Source: Heteronotia binoei
Taxonomy: Eukaryota
Assembly (NCBI RefSeq): GCF_032191835.1
Contig: NC_083227.1
Coordinates: forward strand, 109,120,001 to 109,184,000
DNA: 64,000 nucleotides
Direction: 5' to 3'
The notes below the pieces were generated by a model. It saw only the letters and a list, made by a program, of their open reading frames with translations. It was not told the DNA's origin and ran no database searches. Below are positions 11,949-24,772 of this stretch, one piece after another (positions within the stretch are counted from its first letter, which is position 1; every line of letters starts with the position of its first letter). The position numbers and the translations under genes are program-made.

Positions 11949-12475
11949 TAGGGTTGCCAAGTCCAATTCAAGAAATATCTGGGGACTTTGGGGGTGGAGC
12001 CAGGAGACTTTGGGGGTGGAGCCAGGAGACATTGGGGTGGAGCCAAGATCAAGGCTGTGACAAGCATAATTGAACTCCAAAGGGAGTTCTGGCCATCACA
12101 TTTAAAGGGACAGCACACCTTTTCAATTCCTTCCATAGGAAATGATGAAGGATAGGGGCACCTTCTTTTGGGGCTCATAGAATTGGACCCCCTGGTCCAA
12201 TCTTTTTGAAACTTGGGGTGTATTTTGGGGAGAGGCACTAGATGCTATACTGAAAATTTGATACCTCTATCCCAAAAAACAGCCTCCCCCCAGAGCCCCA
12301 GATACCCACGGATCAATTCTCCATGATTTTCTATGGGAATAACTCTCCCTAGGGAATAATAGAGTTCTCAGAAGAAATTTCCCTCCCCTTCCCCTGCTTT
12401 CTGACGGCCCTGAAGCGGGGAGAAGGCCTCCAAACTGGGGGATCCCCCGCCTCCACCTGGGGATTGGCAACCCTA
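11949..12475 (+). mobile_element. hAT-type MITE, copy 2
   Basis: Perfect TIRs tagggttgccaa / ttggcaacccta; flanks agctacac / ctctacag (5/8 match). Confidence 0.88.
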
Positions 12476-12821
12476 CTCTACAGTCAAGTGTTGATGGTGG
12501 CTCAGGTTCCTGCACTCTAAAAGAACCTACAATGTTGTGTTTTGCCAGTGCAAAGAAAAAAGAAAAAAAAGCATGAAATCTGAGTTTTAAAGAATGGTGC
12601 TTTGTTGTTAACCAAAATAAAGATTTGTCATATGGATATTCTAGAAGTAGCTCTTCATCATACCACTGCAAAAGTCAAATAGTCTTTTACTCTTAGCATT
12701 TGTTTAAACTCGCTTGCCATTTCTCTTTTACTGCAATATGAAGCATCATTCCCTCAGCAGTATCAGATCTGAGCTCCAAAGCTTCATTTCCACCTCTTTT
12801 CAAGAAAAATCTACTTGTGCC

Positions 12822-13359
12822 CAAATTCCATGCTGGGAATTATTAGGAAGGGAATTGAAAACAAATCAGCCAGTATCATAATGCCCCTGTATAAATCAAT
12901 GGTGCAGTCTCATTTGGAATACTGTGTGCAATTCTGGTCACCGCACCTCAAAAAGGATATTATAGCATTGGAAAAAGTGCAGAAAAGGGCAACTAGAATG
13001 ATTAAAGGTTTTGAACACTTTCCCTATGAAGAAAGGTTAAAACACTTGGGGCTCTTTATCTTGGAGAAATGTCGACTGTGGGGTGACATGATAGAGGTTT
13101 ACAAGATTATGCATGGGATGGAGAAGGTAGAGAAAGAAGTCCTTTTCTCCCTTTCTCACAATACAAGAACTCGTGGGCATTCAATGAAATTGCTGAGCAG
13201 TCGGGTTAGAACGGATAAAAGGAGGTACTTCTTCACCCAAAGGGTGATTAACATGTGGAATTCACTGCCACAGGAGGTGGTGGCGGCTACAAGCATAGCC
13301 AGCTTCAAGAGGGGGTTAGATAAAAATATGGAGCAGAGGTCCATCAGAGGCTATTAGCC

Positions 13360-13416
<57 letters not shown>

Positions 13417-13496
13417 TTTTGGCCACTGAGTGACACAGAGTGTTGGACTGGATGGGCCATTGGCCTGATCCAACATGGCTTCTCTTATGTTCTTAT
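12822..13496 (+). mobile_element. CR1 LINE 3' fragment (C-terminus of RT ORF2 plus 3'UTR with GT/AT microsatellite)
   Basis: ORF 12815..13357 has PLYKSMV.SHLEYCVQFWSPHLKKDI..LEKVQKRATRMI; tail ends gcttctcttatgttcttat. Confidence 0.92.
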
Positions 13497-13962
13497 AATG
13501 CAAAGCCTCCTCCCAAAACAGCATGTTAAAAAAGACAGGCATTCTTAACACACTGTGTTTTATGGATTTTAATTTTTGTACTAGATTTTGATATTTGTAA
13601 GTAGCCAATATTTGCTGAAAATAATGGCACTAATATTATAAAAAATATACTCACTGGTGTTTACCCTTGGTTAAGTAGCTCACTGCCCAGAGACACGGCT
13701 GATCATACCACCTTATTCTTCACATTATATGGTGTTGTTATTACTTATATCTATGCAAATGTTACCATGCCCACACAACAAACACATGAATATTATGTTC
13801 AGATCAACAAGGAGAATTAGCTTTGCATGTTTGAACAAAGCAAAGAAAACCAAGATCTTTTACCTCAAGTGGCAACAGTGAGGAGCAAGTTTTCAGTTGG
13901 AAAAGGATGGCAGAGATCTGATTTTAAAAGGGATACAAAATTTATTCAGAGAGTTGGTACGG

Positions 13963-13998
<36 letters not shown>

Positions 13999-14254
13999 AA
14001 GGGGAAATAACCTTAAGCAAATACTAGAAGTACTAAATCAAAAACACAGACACATTCGTTATCTCATTAAATATAGCAACAAATAGCAGAACTGCTCCAA
14101 AGTGGAACAAGGGATACTCTTTGGGCTAAAGGTGTACATGTGGTTTGGAAAATAAGAGAGGGACAGATCAAGAGGGAAAGCAAAGACTACCTGCCGTATT
14201 CTGCAAAGAAATCCAATGGAAGAAGGAGGGATCCAATGTATGTGTTGAGAGCAG

Positions 14255-14700
14255 ACTCTTCGGCTCGCTTTCGGCCGCGTCTGGAGGGGGCGGGGCTTCA
14301 ACGCTTGTATTGAAGCCTCCGCTCCCCGTCTCGGCAGTCCTCTCAGCGTGTTTGGGCTGCAGGGAGCGTGCTTGCACGCTGTTTCTGAACGGGGAGGTGA
14401 TTAGGCCGGGAGGCTGGTGCGTCGGTGGATCACAGCAGCGGGAAGCAAGGAGCGTTGTGGGACGTCCAGTTCTGTGGCTCACTTTTCCCTTTGCCTCCAC
14501 CATCCCCTTATCTCATTTGACTTCAGAGGCAGAGCGGGCGACGCCGCTGCGCTGCAGCCTCTTCTCCACTTCAGTGTAGATGGGCTCAAAAGCAACCGGA
14601 CTTGCAGATCGCCCCCCTTCCCCCTCCTCCCGCTTCCATTTGGGGGGGGGGCGGGGGAAGGAGCTGGAAATCCAGAAGACTCCCGCCAGGGCGGGAGGAT
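14255..14700. promoter_or_regulatory. CpG-island-like GC-rich segment with GC boxes, inside BSN intron 5
   Basis: About 31 CpG in ~440 bp by hand count against a CpG-poor background; GGGGCGGGGC at 14287-14296. Confidence 0.5.
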
Positions 14701-14857
14701 TGGGATGCCTACCCTGTGCTGTTTTCCTGACTTCAAACAATCCTGGGAGCACTGCTTAGTATGTACACTCATGGGCCAAATGGCACCTACCCAGGGCACT
14801 GGACTCAACCTGTGTACTCTGTTGAGTTCATTCTGTGGCCGAATGAGCTCTGGATAC

Positions 14858-15330
14858 ACATAAGAATACTCCTGCTGGATCAGACCAATGATCCATCTAG
14901 TCGAATCCTGACTCACATGGTGGCCAACCAGTTCCTCTGGATGGCCAAGAACAGGGCATAGAAACCAAGGCCTACCCTTGATGTTGCCTCCTGGCTCTGA
15001 GATTTGGAGGATTAGAGCTCCTGAATGTGGAGGTTCCCCTCAGTCACCATGGTTACTAACCACTGACAGACTTCTCCTCCATGAGTCTATCTAATCCTTT
15101 TTTAAAGCTGTTTATTCCTGTGGCTATCACTGCATCCTCTGGCTGTGAATTCCACATTTTAATCACTCTGTGTGAAAAGTGGTATTTCCTTTTGTCTGTC
15201 CTTTAGCTACTGCCAGCAGTTTTGTTGGATGCCCTCAAGTTTTAGTATTTTGGGAGAGGGAGGGAAAAAATACTCTTTGTCTACTCTCTGCATTCCATTA
15301 TTTAGATTCATCTATTGTCATAATTACCCA
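14858..15330 (-). mobile_element. Degraded CR1 3' end
   Basis: Begins with the reverse complement of the TTCTTATG tail (cataagaa...ctgctggatcagacc...ccatctagtc) and continues into gaattccacattttaatcactct (end of ORF2). Confidence 0.75.
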
Positions 15331-15563
15331 GTCATTAAGAATCCTAACAAAACCTCTGCAAGAGCTTACAGTAGCTGCCTCAGAAGAAGGGGAGATTTCT
15401 GTAGCTGCAACTGGGACAGCAAGTATCAGCAATTAAATGTTGGATTGTTGCATTTCCTCTGACTTACGAGCAGAATTGAGCTCTAACATTGTTCATCCTG
15501 GGCTTGTACAAGCTGCCCATCATCAGGTATTTCCCCTGATTCTTCACTGACTACAGTGACGAT

Positions 15564-16141
15564 CAGGCCCGGCACTGGCCTTTCCAGCTCCCCAGGCCGA
15601 AATTGGCCCCCCACCCCCCTTTTTTTCTTTTTTACATTTTTTTGTGTGGCCTGATGAATGACATCACTTCAGGTCATGTGCAATGCACACAGCCCCCCCT
15701 ATTCTTAGCTCTCTCCCGCTTTAAAGCTTTAAAACGGGAGAGGGCTGGGAAACCCCCCCCCCCACCTCATGAGGCTTGCAAAGCCTCGGCAAGGGCGGGT
15801 AGACAGCAGGCGAGCGCAGGCGAGCTGCTGGCTCTGCATGTGCTCACTCCCCACCCCCCGACCTTGCCGAAGGTCAAAGACAGCGGGCGCATTCAAAGCC
15901 GCTGGCTCTGAGCGCGTTTGCTGCCATGCCGCCTCCCCTAACTTTGCTGACGCTGGGGCATGGCAGTGGTGAGGTTGGGGGTGGGGAGTTTCGGTGAGGT
16001 GGAGGGGGTGAGGAGTGAGCACACTCAGAGCTGCCAGCTTTGAAGGTCAGGAATTTAGCAGCACCAGACACGGTGGGAGAGGGGATGCCTCTGGTGCCCC
16101 AGGTAGCCACCAAGTTGGCCTACTCCCATGCGCCAGCCCTG
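15564..16141. mobile_element. hAT (Tip100-like termini) MITE
   Basis: TIRs caggcccggcac / gcgccagccctg; 8-bp TSD gtgacgat / gtgatgat. Confidence 0.85.
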
Positions 16142-16314
16142 GTGATGATAGCAACAGAGAAGTTGTACCTGCTCTCACATAACAGTGGCAGCAGCACATT
16201 TATGAGCTCAAGGGTCATGAAACAGGCTGCAGACTTCCAGCCACATGTTTCAGGTGTGGGAAAGTGTCTTTCTTTAACCATGTATGATTTGCAGCTCTGC
16301 GAAACAACACAAGA

Positions 16315-17535
16315 ATGAGAAAGTTACTACCTTGCTGGATCAGGGGAATGCTGATGTAGACATAGTTTATCGTGATTTCAGTAAGGCTTTTGATAAGGTT
16401 CCACATACTGTCCTTGTTGACAAGTTGATAAAATGTGGTTTGGATCCTGTTACCATTAGGTGGATCTGTAACTGGTTGACAGATCACACCCAAAGAGTGC
16501 TTGTGAATGGTTCCTCATTCTCTTGGAGAAGAGTGACAATGACAAGTGGAGTGCCTCAAGGATCTGTCTTGGGACCTGTTTTGTTCAACATCTTTATAAA
16601 TGATTTGAATGAAGGAATAGAGGGAATGCTTATTAAGTTTGCAGATGATACTAAATTGGGAGGGGTTACAAATACAGTAGAAGACAGACAAAGGATACAG
16701 GATGATCTTGACAGGCTAGAAAATTGGGCTAAAACCAATAAAATGAATTTTAACAGGGATAAATGTAAAGTTCTGCATTTATGTAGGAAAGATCCAGTGC
16801 ATGGTTATAGGATGGGGGACAGTTGTCTTAGCAGTAGTATGTGCGAAAAGAATCTAGAGGTCTTAGTAGATCATACGCTGAACATGAGTCAACAGTGTGA
16901 TGCGGTGGCTAAAAAGGCAAATGCAATTTTGGGCTGTATCAACAGAAGTGTAGTGTCTGGATCACGTGAAGTGATGGTATCGCTTTATTCTGCTCTGGTA
17001 AGACCTCACCTGGAGTATTGTGTTCAGTTCTCGGCACCACATTTTAAGAAGGATATAGACAAGCTGGAACGGGTCCAGAGGAGGGCAACAGAGATAGTGA
17101 GGGGTCTGGAGACCAAGTCCTATGAGGAAAGGTTGAAGGAACTGGGCATGTTTAGCCTGGATAGGAGGTGGCTGAGAATTGATATGATCACCATCCTCAA
17201 GTACTTGAAGGTCTGTCATAAAGAGGATGGTGTGGAATTGTTTTCTGTGGCCCCAGAAGATAGGACCAGAACCAATGGGTTGAAATTCAATCAAAAGAGT
17301 TTCAGGCTCAACATTAGGAAGAACTTCCTGATGGTTAGAGCGGTTCCTCAATGGAACAGGCTTCCTCAGGAAGTGGTGGACTCTCCTTCCTTTGAAGTTT
17401 TTAAACAGAGGCGAGATGGCCATCTGACAGCAATGGTTCCTGTGAATTTAGGGGGAGGTATTTGTTAGTTTCCTGCATTGTGCAGGGGGTTGGACTAGAT
17501 GACCCTGGAGGTCTCTTCCAATTCTATGATTCTAT
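16315..17535 (+). mobile_element. CR1 LINE, 5'-truncated, with an uninterrupted RT reading frame (394-aa ORF 16284..17468)
   Basis: DFSKAFDKVPH, SGVPQGSVLGPVLFNIFINDL, KFADDTKLGG; ends in the (attctatg) repeat. Confidence 0.95.
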
Positions 17536-18400
17536 ACCTTTTTTAAAATGGATGATCTCCAACAGGTATGTATAACAGGTATGTTGTAGTATCTGAATTT
17601 TGCAAATATTTTTGCATGACTTGAGTAATATAATCTGTTTTTAGCTAGTTTTTTGGGGTGGAGAATTTCAGCAATGGGGTGTTACAAAAAGCTCTTTCAA
17701 ATTAAAAAGGTTGTAGCAGAGAGGAGAAAACAATGGCTATAAATAGCTGTGAAATGAAATCAAAATGGAAGCTTTTGCATCAAAAATTAAATATCAGGAG
17801 AATGTGACACAGCACAAATTCGCTGAGACCTCATCTAGTAGCTGTAACAGACAGGTAATGATCTTTTTTTTTCTGTCAGCGAAAGAACATAATACCTTCA
17901 TCAAATGATAAAGATCTGTACTGCAGTGCTTAAAGTCTCTGGTGCAAAGCCTGAAAAATATGGTATGGGAAAAGTGCTAGAATACTATAAATGGCACACA
18001 TAAATTTGTTGAAATAGAAACTTCTAAAAAATAAGGGACTTCATTAAAAAGGAAGTAGAAATGGAGGGTCAAGAAGGTCAGATCTCTTCAGAATGCCTGG
18101 AGGCTATTTAAAAACCTACTGGAAGCTCAGACAAAAATGTATGTTATGTATTGGGAATGGTACAAGCAACTGCAAGAAAATGCCAGTGTAGTTAATGAGC
18201 AAAATTCAAGAAAGGCAAGAAGCCTTTTTTGAAAAATAAAAGAGGAAGTTTTGCCCAAAATATAAAAACAGAGGGGAACACAAACTGTGGCAAAATAAAT
18301 GTAAGCTGACAACAAGGCATGTGAAAAAAGAATCAGAGAAACATGTTATTAAAAACATTATATTTAAAAACATTGCTGAAAGTTTAGAAATATTGCTAAA

Positions 18401-19086
18401 CAGGCTTGCCAGGTCCCGGTAGGGAATCCTCTGGTTTTGCAGGCTTCTCCCCTCTGCCAAAACCTCCCAATCCCAACAGCCAGGATGTGCCTTTAAACCT
18501 TGGCAGGCTTAAAAGAATCTTGCAAACTGCTTGTTTTGGACTTGTATGTGTGCCTTTAAATCTCAGCTGAGCTGCATGAGTGGGGCGAGCAGGCAGAGCC
18601 ATGTGTTTCTTCCCCATGAGTGTGTGAATCATGTGAAAGAGGAAGAGAAGCCAGCACAGCCCCTCTGTTTGTTTTGCAAGTTGTGTGTGTAGTAAAATGG
18701 AGTTAACTAGAACCTGATTATGGAATGGAGAAAAACCCCACCCCCCTAGGCTGTGCTCCTTTCATTTTCCTGTTAGTCTGAAGAAGCTGACTGAAATACA
18801 GCAGATGGTTACATTCAGCAACTTCCGTGATTAAATTGCCCTGTGAGATCACAAAAATGTGTGCTTACAAACAGTTTATTTTAGTTGCTCTCTCTCTCTC
18901 TCTCTCTCTGTGTGTATGTATTCACTTTCATTCAATGGAAATGCAACTTCTGGGGTATGAGGAAATGAAGATTGTATTCAGGGGAATTGCACTGCTGTAT
19001 TTTTATTTATTTTAGAGAATGGGAAAGTCTCCTGGCTCCACCCCCAAAGTCTCCAGATATTTTATGAGTTGGACCTGGCATTCCTA
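18401..19086. mobile_element. hAT MITE
   Basis: Termini caggcttgccagg / cctggcattccta; perfect 8-bp TSD ttgctaaa (18393-18400, 19087-19094). Confidence 0.85.
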
Positions 19087-19676
19087 TTGCTAAAATATTT
19101 TAAAAGCATTGCTAAAATATCCTTTTACAAATTATTTATCCAAAGTGGGAAACTAGCCAAGGAGGTGGTGGGGCCATTAGCAAAAGTTTGAAAGATTTGC
19201 TGGAAATAGGGAAAGAAATTATGGAGAAGCTAAATGAGTCCTTTGCACTTGTCTTTGTCGTGGAACATGCTAGACTAAAGCCAGTCCTTAGCTGCTTTCT
19301 TTGTAAGGGTAACAAGGTATGAAGTTCTAGGTTTAACTGACAAAATTAAGAAATCACCAAGTCCAGATGTCATATACCTGAGAGTGCTGATAAATAATTT
19401 AAATGTTAAATTTTTTATCTATATAATGCAATGTCACTAAAACTAGCCTCCACAAGTGAACTGGAAGGTAATCAACATAAACACTGATTTTAAAAGGGGT
19501 CTGAAGGAAGAGAGAAAGTAAGCAATTGTCTAATATCTGTCTTGGGTACTAGAATTGTAAAATGTATAGAATCATTGCTGAGGAAACATCAGCATAGCTT
19601 CTGCAACCCTGACCTACCAACAATTTGAAGATCTTTTCAGAAGCATGTGAATGAGGTAATCTAGTATATCTGGACC

Positions 19677-21071
19677 AGAGATGGGCATGAACCAGCAAAA
19701 TGGAGGTTCATTTCAGTTTGTGGGACCACACAAAACATGACCATTCATGGACCTTCTTGTTTATTTGTTTTGTATAGGTTCATGATGCAGTACAATGGGT
19801 TCCCTGTGGGCTAGAGATACCAAACATGCAGCAAGTCTCCAGCTGACTCCTCTACCTGCCCTCCAGGTTTGGTGGGGATTGGATTTAGGGGGACTGAGCA
19901 GGTGCCCCAGGAAAGTACTCTCTGGGAAAATCACAGCCAGTTCCCTTCCCTCTCTGTCTCTAACTAACGTGTGACATGCCTGCTGCTGCTAGAAAACAAT
20001 GGCTGTGTGTGAGCAGGGGGTATATATGATTTTGCTCCCATAGAGCAGAATGGGAGCCCTCTAAAGCCATCTGGATCTGACAGTGTGCAAGCATCTTGGA
20101 GCACAGTACTAAAAACATTTTCCTGGGCATAAGACCTATTGAATATCATGAGACTTTTTTCTGAGTAGGACTGCTTAGAATTACTCCCTAAACTTGGGAT
20201 GGGCACAAACTGGGAAAACCAAGTTCCATTTCAGTTCATGGTTCGTGGGGCTGCATGAACCATGAACTTTCACAGACCTCTCCATTTACAGAACCAGTTT
20301 GTTTTGTGAGGGTCGTTATGCAGTAGAATAGCTCCTCTGCAGGCTAGAGGTGCCACAGGAGGAGAACTGCACACAGATCCTGGGGGCAACTTCTCCTCTT
20401 GTGGTGTGGTTTAAAGGAAGTAATGGCCAGGAGAAAGTGGGGAAGGGATCTCATGGGAAGGGTCTCCCTTCCTCCTGGGTGTGGCGAACCTCAGACAGGA
20501 GAAAGTGTGTGTGTGTGGGGGGAAATATTACAGAAGTGATTCCCTCCTTTCTCCTGGCTTTGAAGGCACTTCATCCCCACCTCAAGTTGCCTGGTACATC
20601 CCCTTTAAACAGGCTGCACAAGGGTGCCCAAGAGTGACAGCTGAGCTGATGGGGAGAGACTTCTCTGTGCTGGCCCAGCTGTCTCAGGATGCCTGGGGCA
20701 GCCCCTTTAAATGGGTTGTGCAAGTGGGCCCACAACAGCTGAGCCAGCAGAACGAAAAGGGTAAAGTGCCTTTTGGGGGGCACTGCACCACACCTTTCTC
20801 CTGGCTGTGGCTTGCCAGATAGGAAGGGGTGAAGTGCCTTCTAGGGGGGCATTTCTGTTTCCCACGGGTCACTGCCAGCAGGCAGGAGAGGGTGAAGTGT
20901 CCCCCTTTTTGCCAGCAAGCCCCAGAAATACTTCAGCCCTGCCAAACCTCCATAAAAACCAAGGAGGTTCATTGGAGGTTTGTTGTTGGTGTGATTGCAC
21001 GACTCTCAGTTCATAAACTTGGCTTTTGGGAGGCCAAATTTAGGTTAGTGACAAGGTTCATGCCCATCTCT
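19677..21071. mobile_element. hAT-like non-autonomous element(s) with AGAGATGGGCATGAACC termini; second left end at ~20194
   Basis: 17-bp perfect inverted termini agagatgggcatgaacc / ggttcatgcccatctct; TSD not clearly preserved. Confidence 0.7.
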
Positions 21072-21960
21072 ACCTAGAACTACTTTAAAGCAATTTGATT
21101 GAATCTCTCCAGCAGGCAGCTCAGAAGTCTTTCTCTGCTCAGCTGATGCCAACCAATCAGATTGCTTGAAACAGCCTGTCACTGAAAGCTCTCCGGCTTC
21201 TGTGAAGAATTAACCCTTCACAATCCTTCAACTGTTTGTACAGCAGCTTCTTAAAAGTGCAGTCCATCGCACTAATGCTGCCTGTTGAGCTTTGGAGGGC
21301 CACTATTGATGTTTTCAGGGCCGCAGAAGTTCACCCTCTCCATTGCTTTGATTATTGTAATTGATCAGTATGTCTCCTGCAGATGCAGCTGACACACCCC
21401 ACCGCAAGATACTAAAACCTCCGAAAAGCACATAGAGGGTTGTGGGAGGGTAGTTAAGGCAAGAATGCATGAACCTTGGTTCGCAAACCATGACCCAGGT
21501 GATTTTAATTGTGAATTTAGGGTCATGAACAGGTTCATGCCGAGACCTAATTGAACTTCCAGAAAGCTTTTGACAAAGTCTCTCATCAAAAGCTCTTGAA
21601 TAAACTTACTTCTAATGGGATAAGAGAATGAGCCTTTTTATGGATTAGTAGCAGGTTAAGGAAGCAGCTGGTAAGAATAGTTTTCACAGTGGGTGGAAGC
21701 ATATGGTGTAAAATTTCATCTGCGCCAGAATTTAACTTATCTCTTGTTGGGCAGCATGTTCATGGTTGCCAGTTTGCTTCCATGATCAATTTAAGGTGCT
21801 ACTGACTGCAACCTATAAAACCTTCCATGATCTGGGAATCCACATATCTGAAACTCATTTTCATACAGTCTGGCCAATACTGATTAAAAAGTGGACAGCA
21901 AGTCTTTTTGACAGAACCATCACTCCAACAAGTAGGTCCAGTGGTCATAAGAACATGTTT

Positions 21961-21961
<1 letters not shown>

Positions 21962-22011
<50 letters not shown>
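21962..22011. repeat. (TA)n microsatellite
   Basis: About 24 TA units. Confidence 0.95.
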
Positions 22012-22014
<3 letters not shown>

Positions 22015-24756
22015 GTTTTAAAATGGTTTTGTGTGATCCATGAAACAGATCTTGGTTATTTGAATGTAGCTGGGTCCCTCTTACATTTTTAGATAACAAC
22101 AATTAGTAAATGTGCAGTGCTTGGCACTAGAAAGCTAGTAAATGCCAAAATTAAAGGAGAGTGTACAATGTTTGCCTCACACTCACATGTACTGAAAATT
22201 AACTATTTTTTTTAATCCAGGGTCCATATTTTGTTCAGTGTACCAAAGAGATGGTGTTCAGAAAATAAGGAATTTCACTGACCTGGCCTCAGTTTGTTCA
22301 CAAAAACACTGTAGATACTAACATTTTGCCTTAGACCCTACATTTGATTTCCCTGCCATAATCTTTTTGTTAGGCAGCTTTTCTAATTCTTGGAAATTAG
22401 ATTTATCTCAAAAACCCTGGTGTTGAGAGCTACAATTGCTGCTAAAAGATTTATATTTTAGTCTTGAGCATCAGTTAGTTCACCTACTGTAGAGAAGTGA
22501 ATGGAAGATCTTCTGGACCTTGCTGCAAAAGAAAAAGCAACATCTGCCCATTGACTACGGAAGATAAATTCTAGAATACATGGAGACCTTTCCTAAAACT
22601 TGATGGATACCAAAGAAGCTGAAAACTACTATAATTATTATTTTCTCTCTCTTCTAAAAGTTTTATTAATCTAATATTTGAAAAAATCATAAAATTAATA
22701 AAAATCTCAATAATAATTATATACAGGGAGATGCCTTATGAATGTATTTGTAAGTGACTTTGTATGTGCACACACAACAGCAGTAATGTGAAGCCAGCCT
22801 TTTAAAATATTCATTGCTGGAACGTTAATCAAATTGAAACATCCAAGCGCGCCTGCTGGAGACATTCCACCATAGAAAGGCTTTTTTTAAAAAAAATAGC
22901 ATGAAATGCTGACTGTACAGAGAGGTGAAGAGTAGATATGCCAAGAAAATGACAAAAAATGACTATGACTGCAACAAAATATATATCCAGCTTCATCTCT
23001 CAGTTTCAGCTGCACTGAGGGATATCTCCCATGGACTATGATGGGGAGGAAATGTTAATATTACTACATTATGCCATTGCATGACAAAAACAAGACACCC
23101 TGCTTTGTCAAACAAATCTACCAAAGAATCACATGATCAACATAATAAAAGAGCTCACTAACTAAGCTGAGAAATATTTGCAAGAGCCAAATATGCCCAA
23201 AATACAGTAAATCTAAATTTGGAGAATCATCTGTTGGATCTGTAATTAGCAAAATCTTTCATGGCTCACTGTGAGATACTTCAAGCATCACAATATTTCT
23301 GCTGGAAAGCATGTAAGTCATACATATTATATTGTCACAGTGCTGACTGTATATACAGCTCCGATATCACATACCCCAAACTTCCAAATCTTCACCACAG
23401 GATCTTCCATTTCCTCCTTCCTTTCCCCTTTTTGCATGCATTCTCCCCCCTCTTCCATGCCACTATAACCATATTTTACCATTAAGCCTGAATTAGTTAA
23501 ATATCTAACTGAATTACTTCCAAACCACCATTCTGGGAAAAAAAATGATTTGAAATGAACATACAAACTGTGGCTTGAGGCAATCCTGATTAGTGGTAAA
23601 CAATGTTAGTGCTGATTTACATGTAATGGCAAGATGTAATTAGTGCTAAGCATGGAAGGGAGAAGGAGAAACGCATGTAGGAGGGGAGGAGGGAGCCCAC
23701 AAGCCAATGGTGCATTCTACATTCCAATTTCTTATTCATGGCTTGTAGAATGAGGAATGTGATGGTTCAGTTGAGCCACAATATACACATTCTAGACAGC
23801 GATAACCAGTTACAGCTTCCCAGCAGGTACATGTGCAGGAAAATACACATGTGACGATCATTTTTGATAACTGACACCCTTTCAATGTAAATATGTTCTA
23901 ATGCTCTAGGACAGCTATTTGGAAACATCCTGACAAATCCAACAATCTCTTTTACCCTATAGCTCAATAATTCAAAAACTAATGCCAAGACTGGGCAAGA
24001 AGTAATAATTTAGTTCCCAGCCTTAGACATGTCATTCCATATTATACTGTCAAGGCATACGTTGGTTAGTGGTCCCTCCAGTCTAATGCATCTCACACTG
24101 TTCTTCCTCAGATCACCTTTGGCATTAGTTCACTCCATGAAAGTGGATGGTTTAGTTATTTGGGGAGGGGCAGAATAGGGGTTGCATATAGTAGTACACC
24201 AACTGTACAAAGCCACCACTTCTGCCTCAATTCCTCCTCAAATACATATTTTGATTTTGACAGGTCACAAGAACTCAGCTGTATGTGTCCATCAGCTTGT
24301 TCAAATCTGGGTTGCAGCTGCTATTTAAGGAACACTAGCATGCTGGAAATATATAGCACAAGCAAGTCTTGTATGCATTAACAATGTACACACTTAGCAT
24401 TCAAAGTGGCCTCATTTCAGCATGCAAAGTCACACAAGTAAGTTTTTCAGTTCCCTAGAGTCAGTCAATGTAAACAAAACAGGGGGTTTCTTTCTTAATT
24501 GGGGCGGGGTGGGGAATAACTGAGAAGGGCGAGTTGATGTTCATTCAGGGGGAATGTAGGAAGTTTTCCCATTGTTTTACTGTCTATGGAAGGTACCATC
24601 ACTGAACAGCTCATTATAATTCCCAAACTGACATCTTGTTTTTGTGCATACTAATGAAAGGGAAAGTTCCTCTGAGATGCCGTTTGGGAGTTTTGAAGCA
24701 ATATACCAACACATCTTAACGAGAGACAAGAGGCCAATACAGATATTTTTCTTTGT

Positions 24757-24772
24757 CACCACTAGATGGCAT
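24757..24772 (+). promoter_or_regulatory. Candidate CTCF site
   Basis: CACCACTAGATGGCAT matches the CCACYAGRKGGCR core. Confidence 0.4.

Larger units (their letters stand above)
18040..21720 (+). mobile_element. Old, fragmented CR1 ORF2 interrupted by hAT elements
   Basis: Degenerate CR1-like peptides: AWRLFK (18095), LNE.FALVF (19230), FQKAFDKVSHQKLLNKL (21557). Confidence 0.6.
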
